NCBI GenBank assembly: GCA_965221125.1
Contig: CBDCRW010000005.1
Span: forward strand, 640,001 to 704,000
Direction: 5' to 3'
Origin: Alphaproteobacteria bacterium
Lineage (GTDB): Bacteria > Pseudomonadota > Alphaproteobacteria > UBA828
Length of the DNA stretch: 64,000 nt
Shown here one piece after another: positions 1 through 10,078 of this stretch. The notes under the pieces were generated by a model. The model was not told the origin of the DNA. It saw only the letters and a program-made list of their open reading frames with translations, and did no database searches. The stretch's first letter is position 1. Each line of letters starts with the position of its first letter. The position numbers were made by a program, and so were the translations under genes.

Positions 1-109
1 ACCGCCTCGCCCGGCGGCACACGAGCGTCCACCGGGCCGCGGTGGCGGTGGCGGCGATGGCAGCCCCGGCAGAGGGGCGGCCGCGGGTCCGGGTCGCGGG
101 AGGAAGGCG

Positions 110-1141
110 ATGAAGGCTGCGGTTATCCACGGCTACGGCGAGGCGTTCGACACCATCGTCTACGAGGACGTGCAGACGCCGGCGGCCGGCCCCGGAGAGC
201 TGCTCATCGAGGTCCATGCCTCCGGCGTGAACCACTGCGATACCGACCTGCGCAAGGGCCTCTTCGGCGTGGACAGCCCCATGCCCCATGTCATGGGGGT
301 CGACGCGGCAGGCGCGGTCGCCGACGTCGGCCCCGGCGTGACGGGGTTCGCCGAGGGCGACCGGGTCGCGCCCCACTTCATGCTGAGCTGCGGCGCCTGC
401 GCCGACTGCCGCGACGGGCGCGAGAACCTGTGCATGAACGCCGGCGTGCTCGGCGTCACCCACTGGGGCGGCTACGCCGAGTACGTGAAGGTGCGCCACG
501 ACCACGTGGTCCGGATTCCCGATTCGCTCTCCTACGAGGACGCGGTGGCGGGCCAGATCCCCTTCGCGACGGCGTGGGAGGCGCTGATCGAGGAGATCGG
601 CGTTCGCGCCGGCGAGACGGTGCTGATCACGGCGGCGGGCGGCGGCGTGGGCTCGGCTGCGGTGCAGATCGCGAAGCTTGCGGGCGCGCGGGTGATCGCG
701 GCTGCCGGCGCCGAGGAGAAGCTGGAGAAGGCGCTCGCGCTTGGCGCCGACGCGGCCATCGACTACACGCGCGAGGATCTGGGCGACGCGGCCCGGCGGC
801 TCACCGACGGACGCGGCGTGGACGCGGCGCTGGAGATGACCGGCGGCGCGATCCTGGTGGGCGCCATCGACGCGCTCGCGCCCGGCGCCCGCCTCGCCAC
901 CATCGGCGCCCACGGTGGCGAGCAGGTGGAGATCGACTTCATCGAGTTCTTCCGCAAGCACATCGCCGTGCACGGCTGCGGGCGGTCCACCAAGACCCAC
1001 GTGGAGCAGGTGCTGCGGCTGATGGCGGAGGGCCACCTCAATCCGGTGATCCACCAGACCTTCGCCTTGAGCGAGGCATCGGCGGCGCATGCGCTGATGG
1101 AGAGCCGCAACTTCTTCGGCCGCATGATCATGCGGCCCTGA
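110..1141 (+). CDS. Zinc-binding alcohol dehydrogenase (MDR family)
   Basis: GVNHCD, structural Zn cluster CGACADC...ENLC, AAGGGVG Rossmann motif; RBS ggagg upstream. Confidence 0.88.
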   Translation: MKAAVIHGYGEAFDTIVYEDVQTPAAGPGELLIEVHASGVNHCDTDLRKGLFGVDSPMPHVMGVDAAGAVADVGPGVTGFAEGDRVAPHFMLSCGACADCRDGRENLCMNAGVLGVTHWGGYAEYVKVRHDHVVRIPDSLSYEDAVAGQIPFATAWEALIEEIGVRAGETVLITAAGGGVGSAAVQIAKLAGARVIAAAGAEEKLEKALALGADAAIDYTREDLGDAARRLTDGRGVDAALEMTGGAILVGAIDALAPGARLATIGAHGGEQVEIDFIEFFRKHIAVHGCGRSTKTHVEQVLRLMAEGHLNPVIHQTFALSEASAAHALMESRNFFGRMIMRP

Positions 1142-1155
1142 TTCGATCGAACACG

Positions 1156-1806
1156 GTGCCCGATCCGCTCGGCAACTTCGCGTTCACCTGGCCGTTCTAC
1201 GCGGGCGGGGTCATCGCCTATCTGATCGGCGCGCTGCCCATGGGCTTGATCGTGGCGCGCCTCTTTCGGCTCGGCGACCTGCGCCGCATCGGCTCGGGCA
1301 ACATCGGCGCCACCAACGTGCTGCGGACCGGCAACAAGGCGGCCGCGGCGCTCACCCTGCTGCTCGACGGCGGCAAGGGCGCCGTGGCGGTGGTCATCGC
1401 CCAGCGCTTCGGCCCCGACATGGCGGTGATCGCCGCCGGTGCCGTGGTCGTCGGCCACGTCGCGCCGGTCTGGCTGCTCTTCAAGGGCGGCAAGGGCGTG
1501 GCCACGACGCTGGGCGTCCTGCTCGCGATCGCCTGGCCGCTTGGCCTGATCGCCTGCGGGCTCTGGCTCGCCGTCGCCGGGCTCTTCCGCTATTCCTCCC
1601 TCGCCGCGCTGATCGCGATCTGCGCCACGCCGGGGTTCGCAATCCTCTTCGACATGCCGCAGATCGCCTGGCTCGCGGGCTTCCTCGCGGTCATCGTGAC
1701 GCTACGCCATGCCGGGAACATCGTGCGCCTCGCCCGTGGTCGCGAGCCCCGGATCGGGCGGAGCGCCCCGGCCGCGCCCGAGGCCGACCCCCCGGCGGGC
1801 CAGTGA
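1156..1806 (+). CDS. plsY: Glycerol-3-phosphate 1-O-acyltransferase PlsY
   Basis: DLRRIGSGNIGATNVLR, LLDGGKG, GHVAPVWLLFKGGKGVAT, RHAGNI motifs; GTG start at 1156 inside the 430..1806 ORF. Confidence 0.95.
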   Translation: MPDPLGNFAFTWPFYAGGVIAYLIGALPMGLIVARLFRLGDLRRIGSGNIGATNVLRTGNKAAAALTLLLDGGKGAVAVVIAQRFGPDMAVIAAGAVVVGHVAPVWLLFKGGKGVATTLGVLLAIAWPLGLIACGLWLAVAGLFRYSSLAALIAICATPGFAILFDMPQIAWLAGFLAVIVTLRHAGNIVRLARGREPRIGRSAPAAPEADPPAGQ

Positions 1807-2951
1807 GCGTTCCCGGTCCCGACGAGCGCCGCACGCTCTCGGACGCCGAGCGGCTCGACTGGCTGCGCCTCGCCAGAAGCGAGAACGTGGGCCCCATCAC
1901 GTTTTTCGCTCTGCTGGAGCGCTTCGGCACGGCCGCCGCCGTGCTCGAGGCGCTGCCGGCGCTCGCGCGGCGCGGCGGCCGGCGGCGCCCGATCAAGGTC
2001 TGCGCGCGCACCGCGGCCGAGCGCGAAATCGAGGCGCTCAGCGCGCTCGGCGGGCGCATGATCGCACTGGTCGAACCCGCCTACCCCGAGCCGCTTGCTG
2101 CCACCGCCGACCCGCCGCCGGTGCTCAGCCTGCGGGGCCGCGCGGACCTGCTTGCGACCGACTGCATCGCGGTCGTGGGCGCGCGCAACGCGTCGGCGAA
2201 CGGACTTCACTTCGCCGAGCGCCTGGCGGCGGACCTCGGCGCGGCCGGGCTCACCGTGGTCTCGGGCATGGCGCGCGGCATCGACGCCCGCGCCCACGTC
2301 GGCGCGATGGATACCGGCACGGTGGCGATCATGGGCGGCGGCGTCGACGTGCTCTACCCCAAGGAGAACGGCTCGCTCTTCGAGCGTCTCCTGACGGAAG
2401 GCGCGGTGATCGCGGAGGCGCCGCTCGGCACCGTGCCCATGGGCCGCCACTTCCCGCGCCGCAACCGCATCATCGCGGGCCTCTCCCGCGGCGTCGTCGT
2501 GGTGGAAGGGGCGGCGCGTTCCGGCTCGCTGATCACGGCCCGGCTCGCGCTCGAGCAGGGACGCGAGGTGATGGCGGTTCCGGGCTCGCCCCTCGACCCC
2601 CGCGCGAGCGGCCCCAACCGCCTGATTCGACAGGGGGCGACACTGGTGGAGAACGCGAACGACGTGCTCGACGCGCTGGCCGAAGGCGGCCGCCCGGTGC
2701 TTGCCGAGTGCCGGCAACGGTGGCCGTCAGACGCCGCTCCCGCCGCTCCGGAGGAGGACCAAGCGCCGGCCGATGCACGCGAATCCCTGGCCCAACTGCT
2801 GGGCGCCAGCCCGGTGCCGGTGGACCTTCTGGTGCGGCAGAGCCGGTTGACTCCCGCGATGGTGGCGACCATTTTGCTGGAGCTTGAGTTGGCGGGACGC
2901 CTGGAGAGACACTCGGGCAACCGCGTTTCACACTCTCAGCCGGCGGCGTAG
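1803..2951 (+). CDS. dprA: DNA-processing protein DprA
   Basis: AVVGARNAS, VVSGMARGID, FPRRNRII, SGSLITA motifs; C-terminal LLELEL winged helix. Confidence 0.96.
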   Translation: MSVPGPDERRTLSDAERLDWLRLARSENVGPITFFALLERFGTAAAVLEALPALARRGGRRRPIKVCARTAAEREIEALSALGGRMIALVEPAYPEPLAATADPPPVLSLRGRADLLATDCIAVVGARNASANGLHFAERLAADLGAAGLTVVSGMARGIDARAHVGAMDTGTVAIMGGGVDVLYPKENGSLFERLLTEGAVIAEAPLGTVPMGRHFPRRNRIIAGLSRGVVVVEGAARSGSLITARLALEQGREVMAVPGSPLDPRASGPNRLIRQGATLVENANDVLDALAEGGRPVLAECRQRWPSDAAPAAPEEDQAPADARESLAQLLGASPVPVDLLVRQSRLTPAMVATILLELELAGRLERHSGNRVSHSQPAA

Positions 2952-2986
2952 CGCCGCCCACAGGCGCTACCGGAAATCGTTTCAGG

Positions 2987-5605
2987 ATGAACGTCGTCGT
3001 CGTCGAATCGCCTACCAAGGCGTCAACCATCGGCAGGTACCTGGGGCCCGACTACACGGTCGTGGCCTCCTACGGCCATGTCCGCGACCTCCTGCCGAAG
3101 GACGGGTCCGTGCGCCCGGACGATGCCTTCGCCATGGACTGGACCGTCTCCGACGGCGCGGAGAAGCACATCGGCGCCATCGGCCGGGCACTCAGAGGCG
3201 CCCAAAAACTCTACCTCGCCACCGACCCCGACCGCGAGGGCGAGGCGATCTCCTGGCACGTGCGGGACGAGCTCGGCCGGCGCGGGCTGCTCGACGGCGT
3301 CGCCGTGCAGCGCGTGGTCTTCTCCGAAGTCACCAAGTCCGCCGTGCTCGACGCCATGGCCGCGCCCCGCGACCTCGACGACAACCTGATCGACGCCTAT
3401 AAGGCGCGCCGCGCGCTCGACTACCTGGTGGGCTTCACGCTTTCGCCCGTGCTCTGGCGCAAGCTCCCCGGCTCGCGCTCGGCCGGCCGCGTGCAGTCCG
3501 TGGCGCTCCGGCTGATCTGCGCGCGCGAGGTCGAGATCGAGGCCTTCAAGCCCCGAGAATACTGGTCGATCGAGGTCGATCTCGACACGCCCAGGGACGA
3601 GCGCGTGGTCGCCCGCCTCGTGAGCCTGGAAGGCGAGAAGCTCGGCAAGTACGCGCTCGGCGATCAGGCGGCGGCGGAGCAGGCTGCCGCGCTGGTGCGC
3701 GACGGCCGCTACCGGGTCGCGTCGGTCGAAACCAGGCGGGTCAAGCGCAATCCGGCACCGCCGTTCACCACGTCGACGCTGCAGCAGGAGGCCTCGCGCA
3801 AGCTGGGGTTCGCCGCGCGGCGCACCATGCAGGTGGCCCAGCAGCTCTACGAAGGCATCGCCGTGGGCGGCGAGCAGGTGGGCCTCATCACCTACATGCG
3901 GACCGACGGCGTGCAGATCGCCGAGCAGGCGCTGCGCCAGGCCAGGGACGTGATCGGCCGGCGCTACGGCAAGGCCTATGTGCCCGAGAAAGCCCGCCGC
4001 TACCGCACCAAGGCGAAGAACGCACAGGAGGCGCACGAGGCGATCCGCCCCACCGATCTCGCCCGCGATCCGCGCTCGCTCGCAGGCGCGCTCAACAAGG
4101 ACCAGGCCCGGCTCTACGAGCTGATCTGGAAGCGCGCGCTGGCGAGCCAGATGGCGAGCGCCGAGATCGACCGGGTGAGCGTGGACATCGCCTCCGGCGA
4201 CGGCCGCGTGGGCCTGCGCGCCACGGGCTCCACGGTCGCCTTCGACGGCTTTTTCCGGGTCTATCAGGAGGGCCGGGACGACACGCGAAAGGACAGTGGC
4301 GACGACGCGGACGATGAGCGCACGCTGCCTGCGGTGAAAGAGGGCGAGGCGATGGCGGTCGCCGGCGTCACACCGAACAAGCACGTGACCGAGCCGCCGC
4401 CCCGCTACTCCGAAGCGAGCCTCGTGCGCCGGCTGGAAGAACTCGGCATCGGCCGCCCCTCCACCTACGCCTCGATCATCTCGGTGTTGCAGGACCGCAA
4501 CTACGTGCGCCTGGAGAAGCGCCGCTTCATGCCGGAGGATCGCGGGCGCATCGTCACGGTGTTCCTGGAGAGTTTTTTCAGCCGCTACGTCGAATACGAC
4601 TTCACGGCCTCGCTGGAAGGCCAGCTCGATACCGTCTCCGCCGGCGAGATCGACTGGCGGCAGGTGCTGAGCGAATTCTGGCGCGATTTCGCCGGCGCGG
4701 TGGAGGAGACCAAGGGGCTCAGGGTCAAGCATGTCCTGGATGCCCTTGACGAGACCCTGGGCAGGCACCTGTTCCCGGCCGAGGACGGCGGCGAGGATCG
4801 CCGCTGCCCCTCCTGCGAGGACGGCCGGCTCGGGCTCAAGCTCGGCCGCTACGGCCCCTTCGTCGGCTGCGCCAACTATCCCGAGTGCCGCTTCACCCGC
4901 CCGCTCGCCGACGCCGGCGACGAGGCGGCGGAGCCCCGCACGCTGGGCAGCGATCCGGAGACCGGCCTGCCGGTCGCCTTGAAGCGCGGCCCCTACGGGC
5001 TCTACGTCGAGCGCGTCGCCCCGGAAGGCGCCAAGGAGAAGCCCAAGCGGGTCTCCCTGCCGCAGGACCTCGCGCCCGACATGGTCGACCTGGAGACGGC
5101 GGTGGGCCTGCTCGCGCTGCCCCGCGAGGTCGGCACCCATCCCGAGAGCGGCAAGCCGATCACCGCCGGGATCGGCCGCTTCGGCGCCTACGTCAAGCAC
5201 GACGGCGCCTATCGCTCGCTGCCGCGCGGCGAGAACGTGCTGACGGTGGGTCTCAACCGGGCGGTGGTGCTGATCGCCGAGAAGAAGGGGGGCGCAAAGG
5301 TGCTGCGCGAGCTCGGCGCCCATCCCGCGGGCGGCGAGCCCGTGCGGCTCTACACCGGCCGCTACGGGCCCTATGTCCAGCATCGCAGGCTGCGCGCGTC
5401 GCTGCCCAAGGGCACGTCCGACGAGGACCTGACCCTCGAGCAGGCCGTCACGCTGCTCGCCGCCAAGGCGAAGAAGGGCGGCGCGAAGAAGACCGCCGGA
5501 GGGCGGCGGAAGTCGGCGGCGGCGAAGGCCGGCGGGGCGCGAAGGACGAAGGCGAAGCGCGCCCCGAGCCCGCAGCCGGACGCGCCTGCCGGCGGCGCGC
5601 CATAG
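2987..5605 (+). CDS. topA: Type I DNA topoisomerase
   Basis: VVVESPTK TOPRIM, ATDPDREGE, SAGRVQS, LITYMRTD catalytic Tyr, GIGRPSTY, Zn ribbon and GRYGPY C-terminal repeats. Confidence 0.98.
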   Translation: MNVVVVESPTKASTIGRYLGPDYTVVASYGHVRDLLPKDGSVRPDDAFAMDWTVSDGAEKHIGAIGRALRGAQKLYLATDPDREGEAISWHVRDELGRRGLLDGVAVQRVVFSEVTKSAVLDAMAAPRDLDDNLIDAYKARRALDYLVGFTLSPVLWRKLPGSRSAGRVQSVALRLICAREVEIEAFKPREYWSIEVDLDTPRDERVVARLVSLEGEKLGKYALGDQAAAEQAAALVRDGRYRVASVETRRVKRNPAPPFTTSTLQQEASRKLGFAARRTMQVAQQLYEGIAVGGEQVGLITYMRTDGVQIAEQALRQARDVIGRRYGKAYVPEKARRYRTKAKNAQEAHEAIRPTDLARDPRSLAGALNKDQARLYELIWKRALASQMASAEIDRVSVDIASGDGRVGLRATGSTVAFDGFFRVYQEGRDDTRKDSGDDADDERTLPAVKEGEAMAVAGVTPNKHVTEPPPRYSEASLVRRLEELGIGRPSTYASIISVLQDRNYVRLEKRRFMPEDRGRIVTVFLESFFSRYVEYDFTASLEGQLDTVSAGEIDWRQVLSEFWRDFAGAVEETKGLRVKHVLDALDETLGRHLFPAEDGGEDRRCPSCEDGRLGLKLGRYGPFVGCANYPECRFTRPLADAGDEAAEPRTLGSDPETGLPVALKRGPYGLYVERVAPEGAKEKPKRVSLPQDLAPDMVDLETAVGLLALPREVGTHPESGKPITAGIGRFGAYVKHDGAYRSLPRGENVLTVGLNRAVVLIAEKKGGAKVLRELGAHPAGGEPVRLYTGRYGPYVQHRRLRASLPKGTSDEDLTLEQAVTLLAAKAKKGGAKKTAGGRRKSAAAKAGGARRTKAKRAPSPQPDAPAGGAP

Positions 5606-5620
5606 CGGCCCGCACACGCC

Positions 5621-7825
5621 TTGGCGGGCAAGCCGGCTCCCTTTCCCAGCAAGGACGAGGTGCTGCGCTTTGTCCGGGAGAGCCCGGGCAGGGTCGGCCG
5701 GCGCGAGATCGCGCGCGCCTTCGGCATCCGCGGCAACGACCGCGCCGCGCTGACGGAGCTCCTGCGCGCGCTGGAGGAGGAAGGCGCGCTCGAAGGCCGG
5801 CGCAAGCGGCGCCGTCCTGCCGGAACCCTGCCGTCCGTCACGGTGCTGGAGGTCGACGGCCTCGACGAGGACGGCGCGCTCACGGCCCGGCCCACGCGGT
5901 GGGAGGAGCCCGATCCGCCGCCGCCGATCACGCTCGACCCGGCGCCACGGGGCGTGCACGAGCCGGGGGAAGGCGACCGGGTGCTGGCGCGGCTCAGGCC
6001 CGCGCCGGATGGCGGCGGCTACCTGGCGCGGCCCATGCGCGTGCTGGACGACCGCCCCCGCCGGGTGGTCGGGGTCTTCCGCGCGGACGGGCGGGGCGGC
6101 GGGACGATCGAGCCGTCCGACCGGCGCTCTCGGCGGGATTTCGCGGTAAGCGCGGAGGATAGCGCCGCTGCCCGCTCCGGCGAGCTGGTGGTGGCCGACA
6201 CCCTGGAGGGCCGGCGCCACGGCCTGGTGGAAGCCAAGGTGGTCGAGCGGTTGGGCGACGGGGATTTGCCCGGTGCGATCAGTCTGGCGGTGATCCATGG
6301 CCACGGCCTGCCGGTCGACTTTCCGGCAGAAGCGTTGGCGGAGGCGGAGCAAGCGGTGGCGCCGGGTCTCGACGGGCGCTCCGACCTGCGGGCGCTTCCG
6401 CTCGTCACCATCGACGGCGCGGACGCCCGCGATTTCGACGATGCGGTCTGGGCCGAGGCCGATTCCGCGCCAGACAATGCGGGCGGCTGGCGCGCCGTCG
6501 TCGCCATCGCCGACGTGGCGCACTTCGTGCGGCCGGGCAGCGCGCTCGACAAGGCGGCGCGGGAGCGCGGCAACTCCGCCTATTTTCCCGACCGCGTGGT
6601 GCCGATGCTGCCGGAGGCGCTTTCGGCCGGCCTCTGCTCGCTGAAACCCGGCGAGGACCGCGCCTGCCTCGCCGCGCACCTCAGGATCGACGCGGACGGC
6701 ACACTGCGCGACTGGCGCTTCGAGCGCGCGCTCATGCGCTCGGCCGCGCGCCTCACGTACGCGGCCGTGCAGGACGCTGCCGATGGGGAGGGCGACGGCC
6801 TGCCCGAGCCAGCCAAGGCCGCGATCCCCGCCCTGTACGGGGTCTACGGCGCGCTCAGGGCGGCGCGGGAGCGGCGCGGTGCGCTCGACCTGGAGCTGCC
6901 CGAGCGTGTCGTCACCCTCGCGGACGACGGCACGGTGGCCCACATCGGCTTCGCGCGCCGCTACGATAGCCACCGCCTGATCGAGGAGCTGATGGTCGCG
7001 GCCAACGTCGCCGCCGCCAGCGCGCTCGAAGCGAAGCACGCACCCTGCATGTACCGCGTCCACGACCGGCCCGACACGGCGAAGCTGGAGACGCTCCGCG
7101 AGTTCATGCGCAGCCGCGGGATCGCGCTGCCGCGGGGCGGCGCGGTCCGCCCCGACACCTTCAACCGCTTCCTCGCCCTGCTCGAAGACCCGAGAAACGT
7201 GGGGGTCGCCAGCCTGATGATCCTGCGCGCCCAGGCGCAGGCCGAGTACAGCCCGCGCAACATCGGGCATTTCGGCCTCGGCCTCGCGCGCTACGCCCAC
7301 TTCACCTCGCCGATCCGCCGCTACGCGGACCTGCTGGTGCACCGCGCCCTGATCGACGCCTACGGCCTCGGGCCGGGCGGCTCCGGGCGCGGCGGTGCGG
7401 ACGCGCTGGAACTCGCGGGCACGCACATCTCGTCGACCGAACGGCGCGCGCAGGCCGCCGAGCGCGACGCGCTGGATCGCTACTGCGCCGCCTATCTCGC
7501 CCAGCACACGGGCGCGGAGTTCGCCGGCCGCATCGCCGGCGTGACCCGCTTCGGCGTCTTCGTCTCGCTCGACGAGACCGGGGCCGAGGGGCTCGTGCCG
7601 GCACGAACGCTCGGCGCGGGCAGGCCGCGCTTCGATGCCAGGCGCCAGACCCTCGATGCAGGCGGCCGCACGCTCTGCCTGGGCGATCCCGTGGTCGTGA
7701 TGCTGGAGGAGGCGGAGCCCATGTCGGGCGGCCTGACCTTCTCGCTCGTCGCCGTGGGCGGAGAGGGCTGGGAGGCGTCGGGCCGAGACGGCGGGCGGCG
7801 CGGGAGGCCGCGGCGGCGGCGCTGA
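5621..7825 (+). CDS. rnr: Ribonuclease R
   Basis: TIDGADARDFDDA, AIADV, HFTSPIRRYADL, C-terminal S1 domain; follows topA. Confidence 0.95.
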   Translation: MAGKPAPFPSKDEVLRFVRESPGRVGRREIARAFGIRGNDRAALTELLRALEEEGALEGRRKRRRPAGTLPSVTVLEVDGLDEDGALTARPTRWEEPDPPPPITLDPAPRGVHEPGEGDRVLARLRPAPDGGGYLARPMRVLDDRPRRVVGVFRADGRGGGTIEPSDRRSRRDFAVSAEDSAAARSGELVVADTLEGRRHGLVEAKVVERLGDGDLPGAISLAVIHGHGLPVDFPAEALAEAEQAVAPGLDGRSDLRALPLVTIDGADARDFDDAVWAEADSAPDNAGGWRAVVAIADVAHFVRPGSALDKAARERGNSAYFPDRVVPMLPEALSAGLCSLKPGEDRACLAAHLRIDADGTLRDWRFERALMRSAARLTYAAVQDAADGEGDGLPEPAKAAIPALYGVYGALRAARERRGALDLELPERVVTLADDGTVAHIGFARRYDSHRLIEELMVAANVAAASALEAKHAPCMYRVHDRPDTAKLETLREFMRSRGIALPRGGAVRPDTFNRFLALLEDPRNVGVASLMILRAQAQAEYSPRNIGHFGLGLARYAHFTSPIRRYADLLVHRALIDAYGLGPGGSGRGGADALELAGTHISSTERRAQAAERDALDRYCAAYLAQHTGAEFAGRIAGVTRFGVFVSLDETGAEGLVPARTLGAGRPRFDARRQTLDAGGRTLCLGDPVVVMLEEAEPMSGGLTFSLVAVGGEGWEASGRDGGRRGRPRRRR

Positions 7826-7827
7826 CC

Positions 7828-9045
7828 GTGGCGCTCGTGCGCACCCGCTGGGACATCGTCGCAATTGCATTTGCGGCGGGCTTCATGGTCGGCATGCAGG
7901 TCGGCAAGGTGCCGCCGGCGCTGCCCATGCTGCAGGCCGAGCTCGAGCTTTCCCGCGTCATCGCCGGGCTGATCGCATCGTCGTACTACGGCATCGGCGC
8001 CATACTCGGCGTCGCCGGCGGGCTGCTCGTGGACCGGCTCGGCATCCGGCGCATGGTCGTCGTGGGCGGCGCCGCGATGGCGCTCGCGAGCGTTGCGGGC
8101 GCGTTCGCCGAGAGCGGGGGGCCGCTCCTCGCAGCCCGCATCGTCGAAGGTTTTGGCTTCGTCACCCTCACTGTCGTGGGCCCCAAGATGCTGGTCAGCG
8201 CGGCGGATGCCGGGGTGCGCCGCTTCCTCCTCGGCGTCTGGGGCACCTACATGCCGGTCGGCATAGCGCTCTCGCTTGCGATCGCGACCGCGTCGCTGGA
8301 GGGGATCGGCTGGCGCGGACTCTGGTTCCTCAATGGGGGGATCATTCTGCTCTTCGTGCTCGTCTTTCTCTGGGGCGCGGCACCGGGGCGCTGGCGGGCG
8401 CCGGCGGTGAGCGGCGGGGGCTTCGACCGCGCGGGCGTGCGCGCGACTCTGGCGCGGCCGGGGCCCTGGCTGTTCGGCCTGAGCTTCGCGATCTTCGCGG
8501 TCGAGTGGCAGGCGCTGATGGCATGGCTGCCGACCTTCCTGATCGAGACGCAGGCGCGCTCGCTCGCCGCCGCCGCGCTCTTCACCGCGCTTTTCGTCCT
8601 CGTCACCGCCGCGGTCTCGATTGCCTGCGCCCGGCTCCTGCAGCGGGGCATCGCCCGCTGGCCGCTGCTGGCGATCACCTTCGCAGGCATGGGGGTCAGC
8701 GCAGCGGCGCTCTTCGCGCCGTTCACGCCTGACGACGCCAAGCTGCCGCTCGCCCTCTGCTTCGCGCTCGCTAGCGGGCCGCTGCCTGCCGTCTGCTTCG
8801 AAGGCGGCGTGGCGCACGCGCCGAGCGCCGGGCAGGTCGCGATGGCCGGCGGCTTTGTGGCGCAGGGCGCCGCGCTCGGCGCGGTGCTCGGCCCGCCGCT
8901 GCTCGCCGCCGTGACCGAGGCACTGGGCGGCTGGGAGGCCGCGTGGTGGACGATGCTGGTCTGGTCCTCGCTCGGGCTCGCGGTCGCCGCCGGCGTGTGG
9001 CGGGCCGATGCGCGTCTCGCGCGCCTGGCGGCGGTCGCGCCATGA
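7828..9045 (+). CDS. MFS transporter (CynX/NimT-like)
   Basis: About 12 hydrophobic segments, GLLVDRLGIRR motif A, QVGKVPPALP N-terminal motif. Confidence 0.85.
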   Translation: MALVRTRWDIVAIAFAAGFMVGMQVGKVPPALPMLQAELELSRVIAGLIASSYYGIGAILGVAGGLLVDRLGIRRMVVVGGAAMALASVAGAFAESGGPLLAARIVEGFGFVTLTVVGPKMLVSAADAGVRRFLLGVWGTYMPVGIALSLAIATASLEGIGWRGLWFLNGGIILLFVLVFLWGAAPGRWRAPAVSGGGFDRAGVRATLARPGPWLFGLSFAIFAVEWQALMAWLPTFLIETQARSLAAAALFTALFVLVTAAVSIACARLLQRGIARWPLLAITFAGMGVSAAALFAPFTPDDAKLPLALCFALASGPLPAVCFEGGVAHAPSAGQVAMAGGFVAQGAALGAVLGPPLLAAVTEALGGWEAAWWTMLVWSSLGLAVAAGVWRADARLARLAAVAP

Positions 9046-10028
9046 GCGGACGCCTGCTGGCCCGCATGGCCGTCGCCTTGCTGTTGGGCGCGGCGACGCT
9101 CGCGTCCGGCGGCGCTTCTGCCGCCTCCATCCAGCTTTCCGCGCGGCCGGTCGCTCTCGATCCCGATGACCGCGCCCGCCAGCAGGTCGGCGACTTGCAG
9201 TTCCTGGGCGGGCTGGACCTGCGAAGCGACGCGGCAGCGTTCGGCGGGCTCTCGGGGCTGAGCGTCGGCGCGGACGGGCGGCTCGCCGCCGTCACCGACC
9301 GCGGCCACTGGCTCACCGCCCGCATCGTGCGAAACGACGTCGGCCGCCTCGTGGATCTCGCCGACGGCGAGATGGGGCCGCTTAGGGACACGCACGGCCG
9401 GTCGGTGGCGAACGAATGGCGCGATGCCGAGTCACTGGAACGGCTGCCCGATGGCGACTGGCTGGTGAGCTTCGAGGGCGAGCACCGCGTCTGGCGCTAC
9501 CCGGCGGAGACCGGAGGCCTGCAAGGCCGGCCCGTGCCCTTCCCGGCGCCCGAGGCCATCGCGCGCGCCCCTGCCAACGGCGGGGTGGAGGCGCTTGCGC
9601 CGCTCCCCGACGGGCGCATCCTGATGCTGGCGCAGGGCCTGAAGCGGGAGGGCGGCGCCCGCGCCGGCTGGCTCGTGGGCGACGGCGCGGTCGAGCCGCT
9701 GGGCTACCGCACCGCGCCGAACTTCCTGCCGACCGACGCCGCGGCGCTGCCGAACGGCGACGTTCTCGTGCTAACGCGCAATTTTACCGTGCTCGGCGGC
9801 GCCAGGGTGCGTCTGGAGCGCGTACCCGCGGCAGCGGTCGACGCCGAGACCACCCTTCAGGGCACACTGCTGGCGCGCTTCCAACGCCCGCTCACCGTGG
9901 ACAACTTCGAAGGGTTGGCGACGGTGCAGGGCGAGGACGGCGCGACGCTCGTCTACATCCTCTCGGACGACAACTTCAACTTCTTCCAGCGCACGCTGCT
10001 CCTCCTCTTCCGCCTGCGGGGCGACTGA
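9042..10028 (+). CDS. Secreted esterase-like activity of phytase family protein
   Basis: Signal peptide, FGGLSGL, DAESL, VSFEG, NGGVEAL, DNFEGL, SDDNF motifs; ATG overlaps upstream stop. Confidence 0.8.
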   Translation: MSGRLLARMAVALLLGAATLASGGASAASIQLSARPVALDPDDRARQQVGDLQFLGGLDLRSDAAAFGGLSGLSVGADGRLAAVTDRGHWLTARIVRNDVGRLVDLADGEMGPLRDTHGRSVANEWRDAESLERLPDGDWLVSFEGEHRVWRYPAETGGLQGRPVPFPAPEAIARAPANGGVEALAPLPDGRILMLAQGLKREGGARAGWLVGDGAVEPLGYRTAPNFLPTDAAALPNGDVLVLTRNFTVLGGARVRLERVPAAAVDAETTLQGTLLARFQRPLTVDNFEGLATVQGEDGATLVYILSDDNFNFFQRTLLLLFRLRGD

Positions 10029-10078
10029 CGGCCTCGCGCCCGTGACAGCGGCGCGAAATCCGCGCTAGCTTCTCCCCC

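Noticed and set aside
3023-7870. 1615-aa minus-strand ORF and similar long antisense ORFs throughout
   Set aside because: Shadow frames of topA/rnr and other real genes caused by high GC codon bias; no motifs
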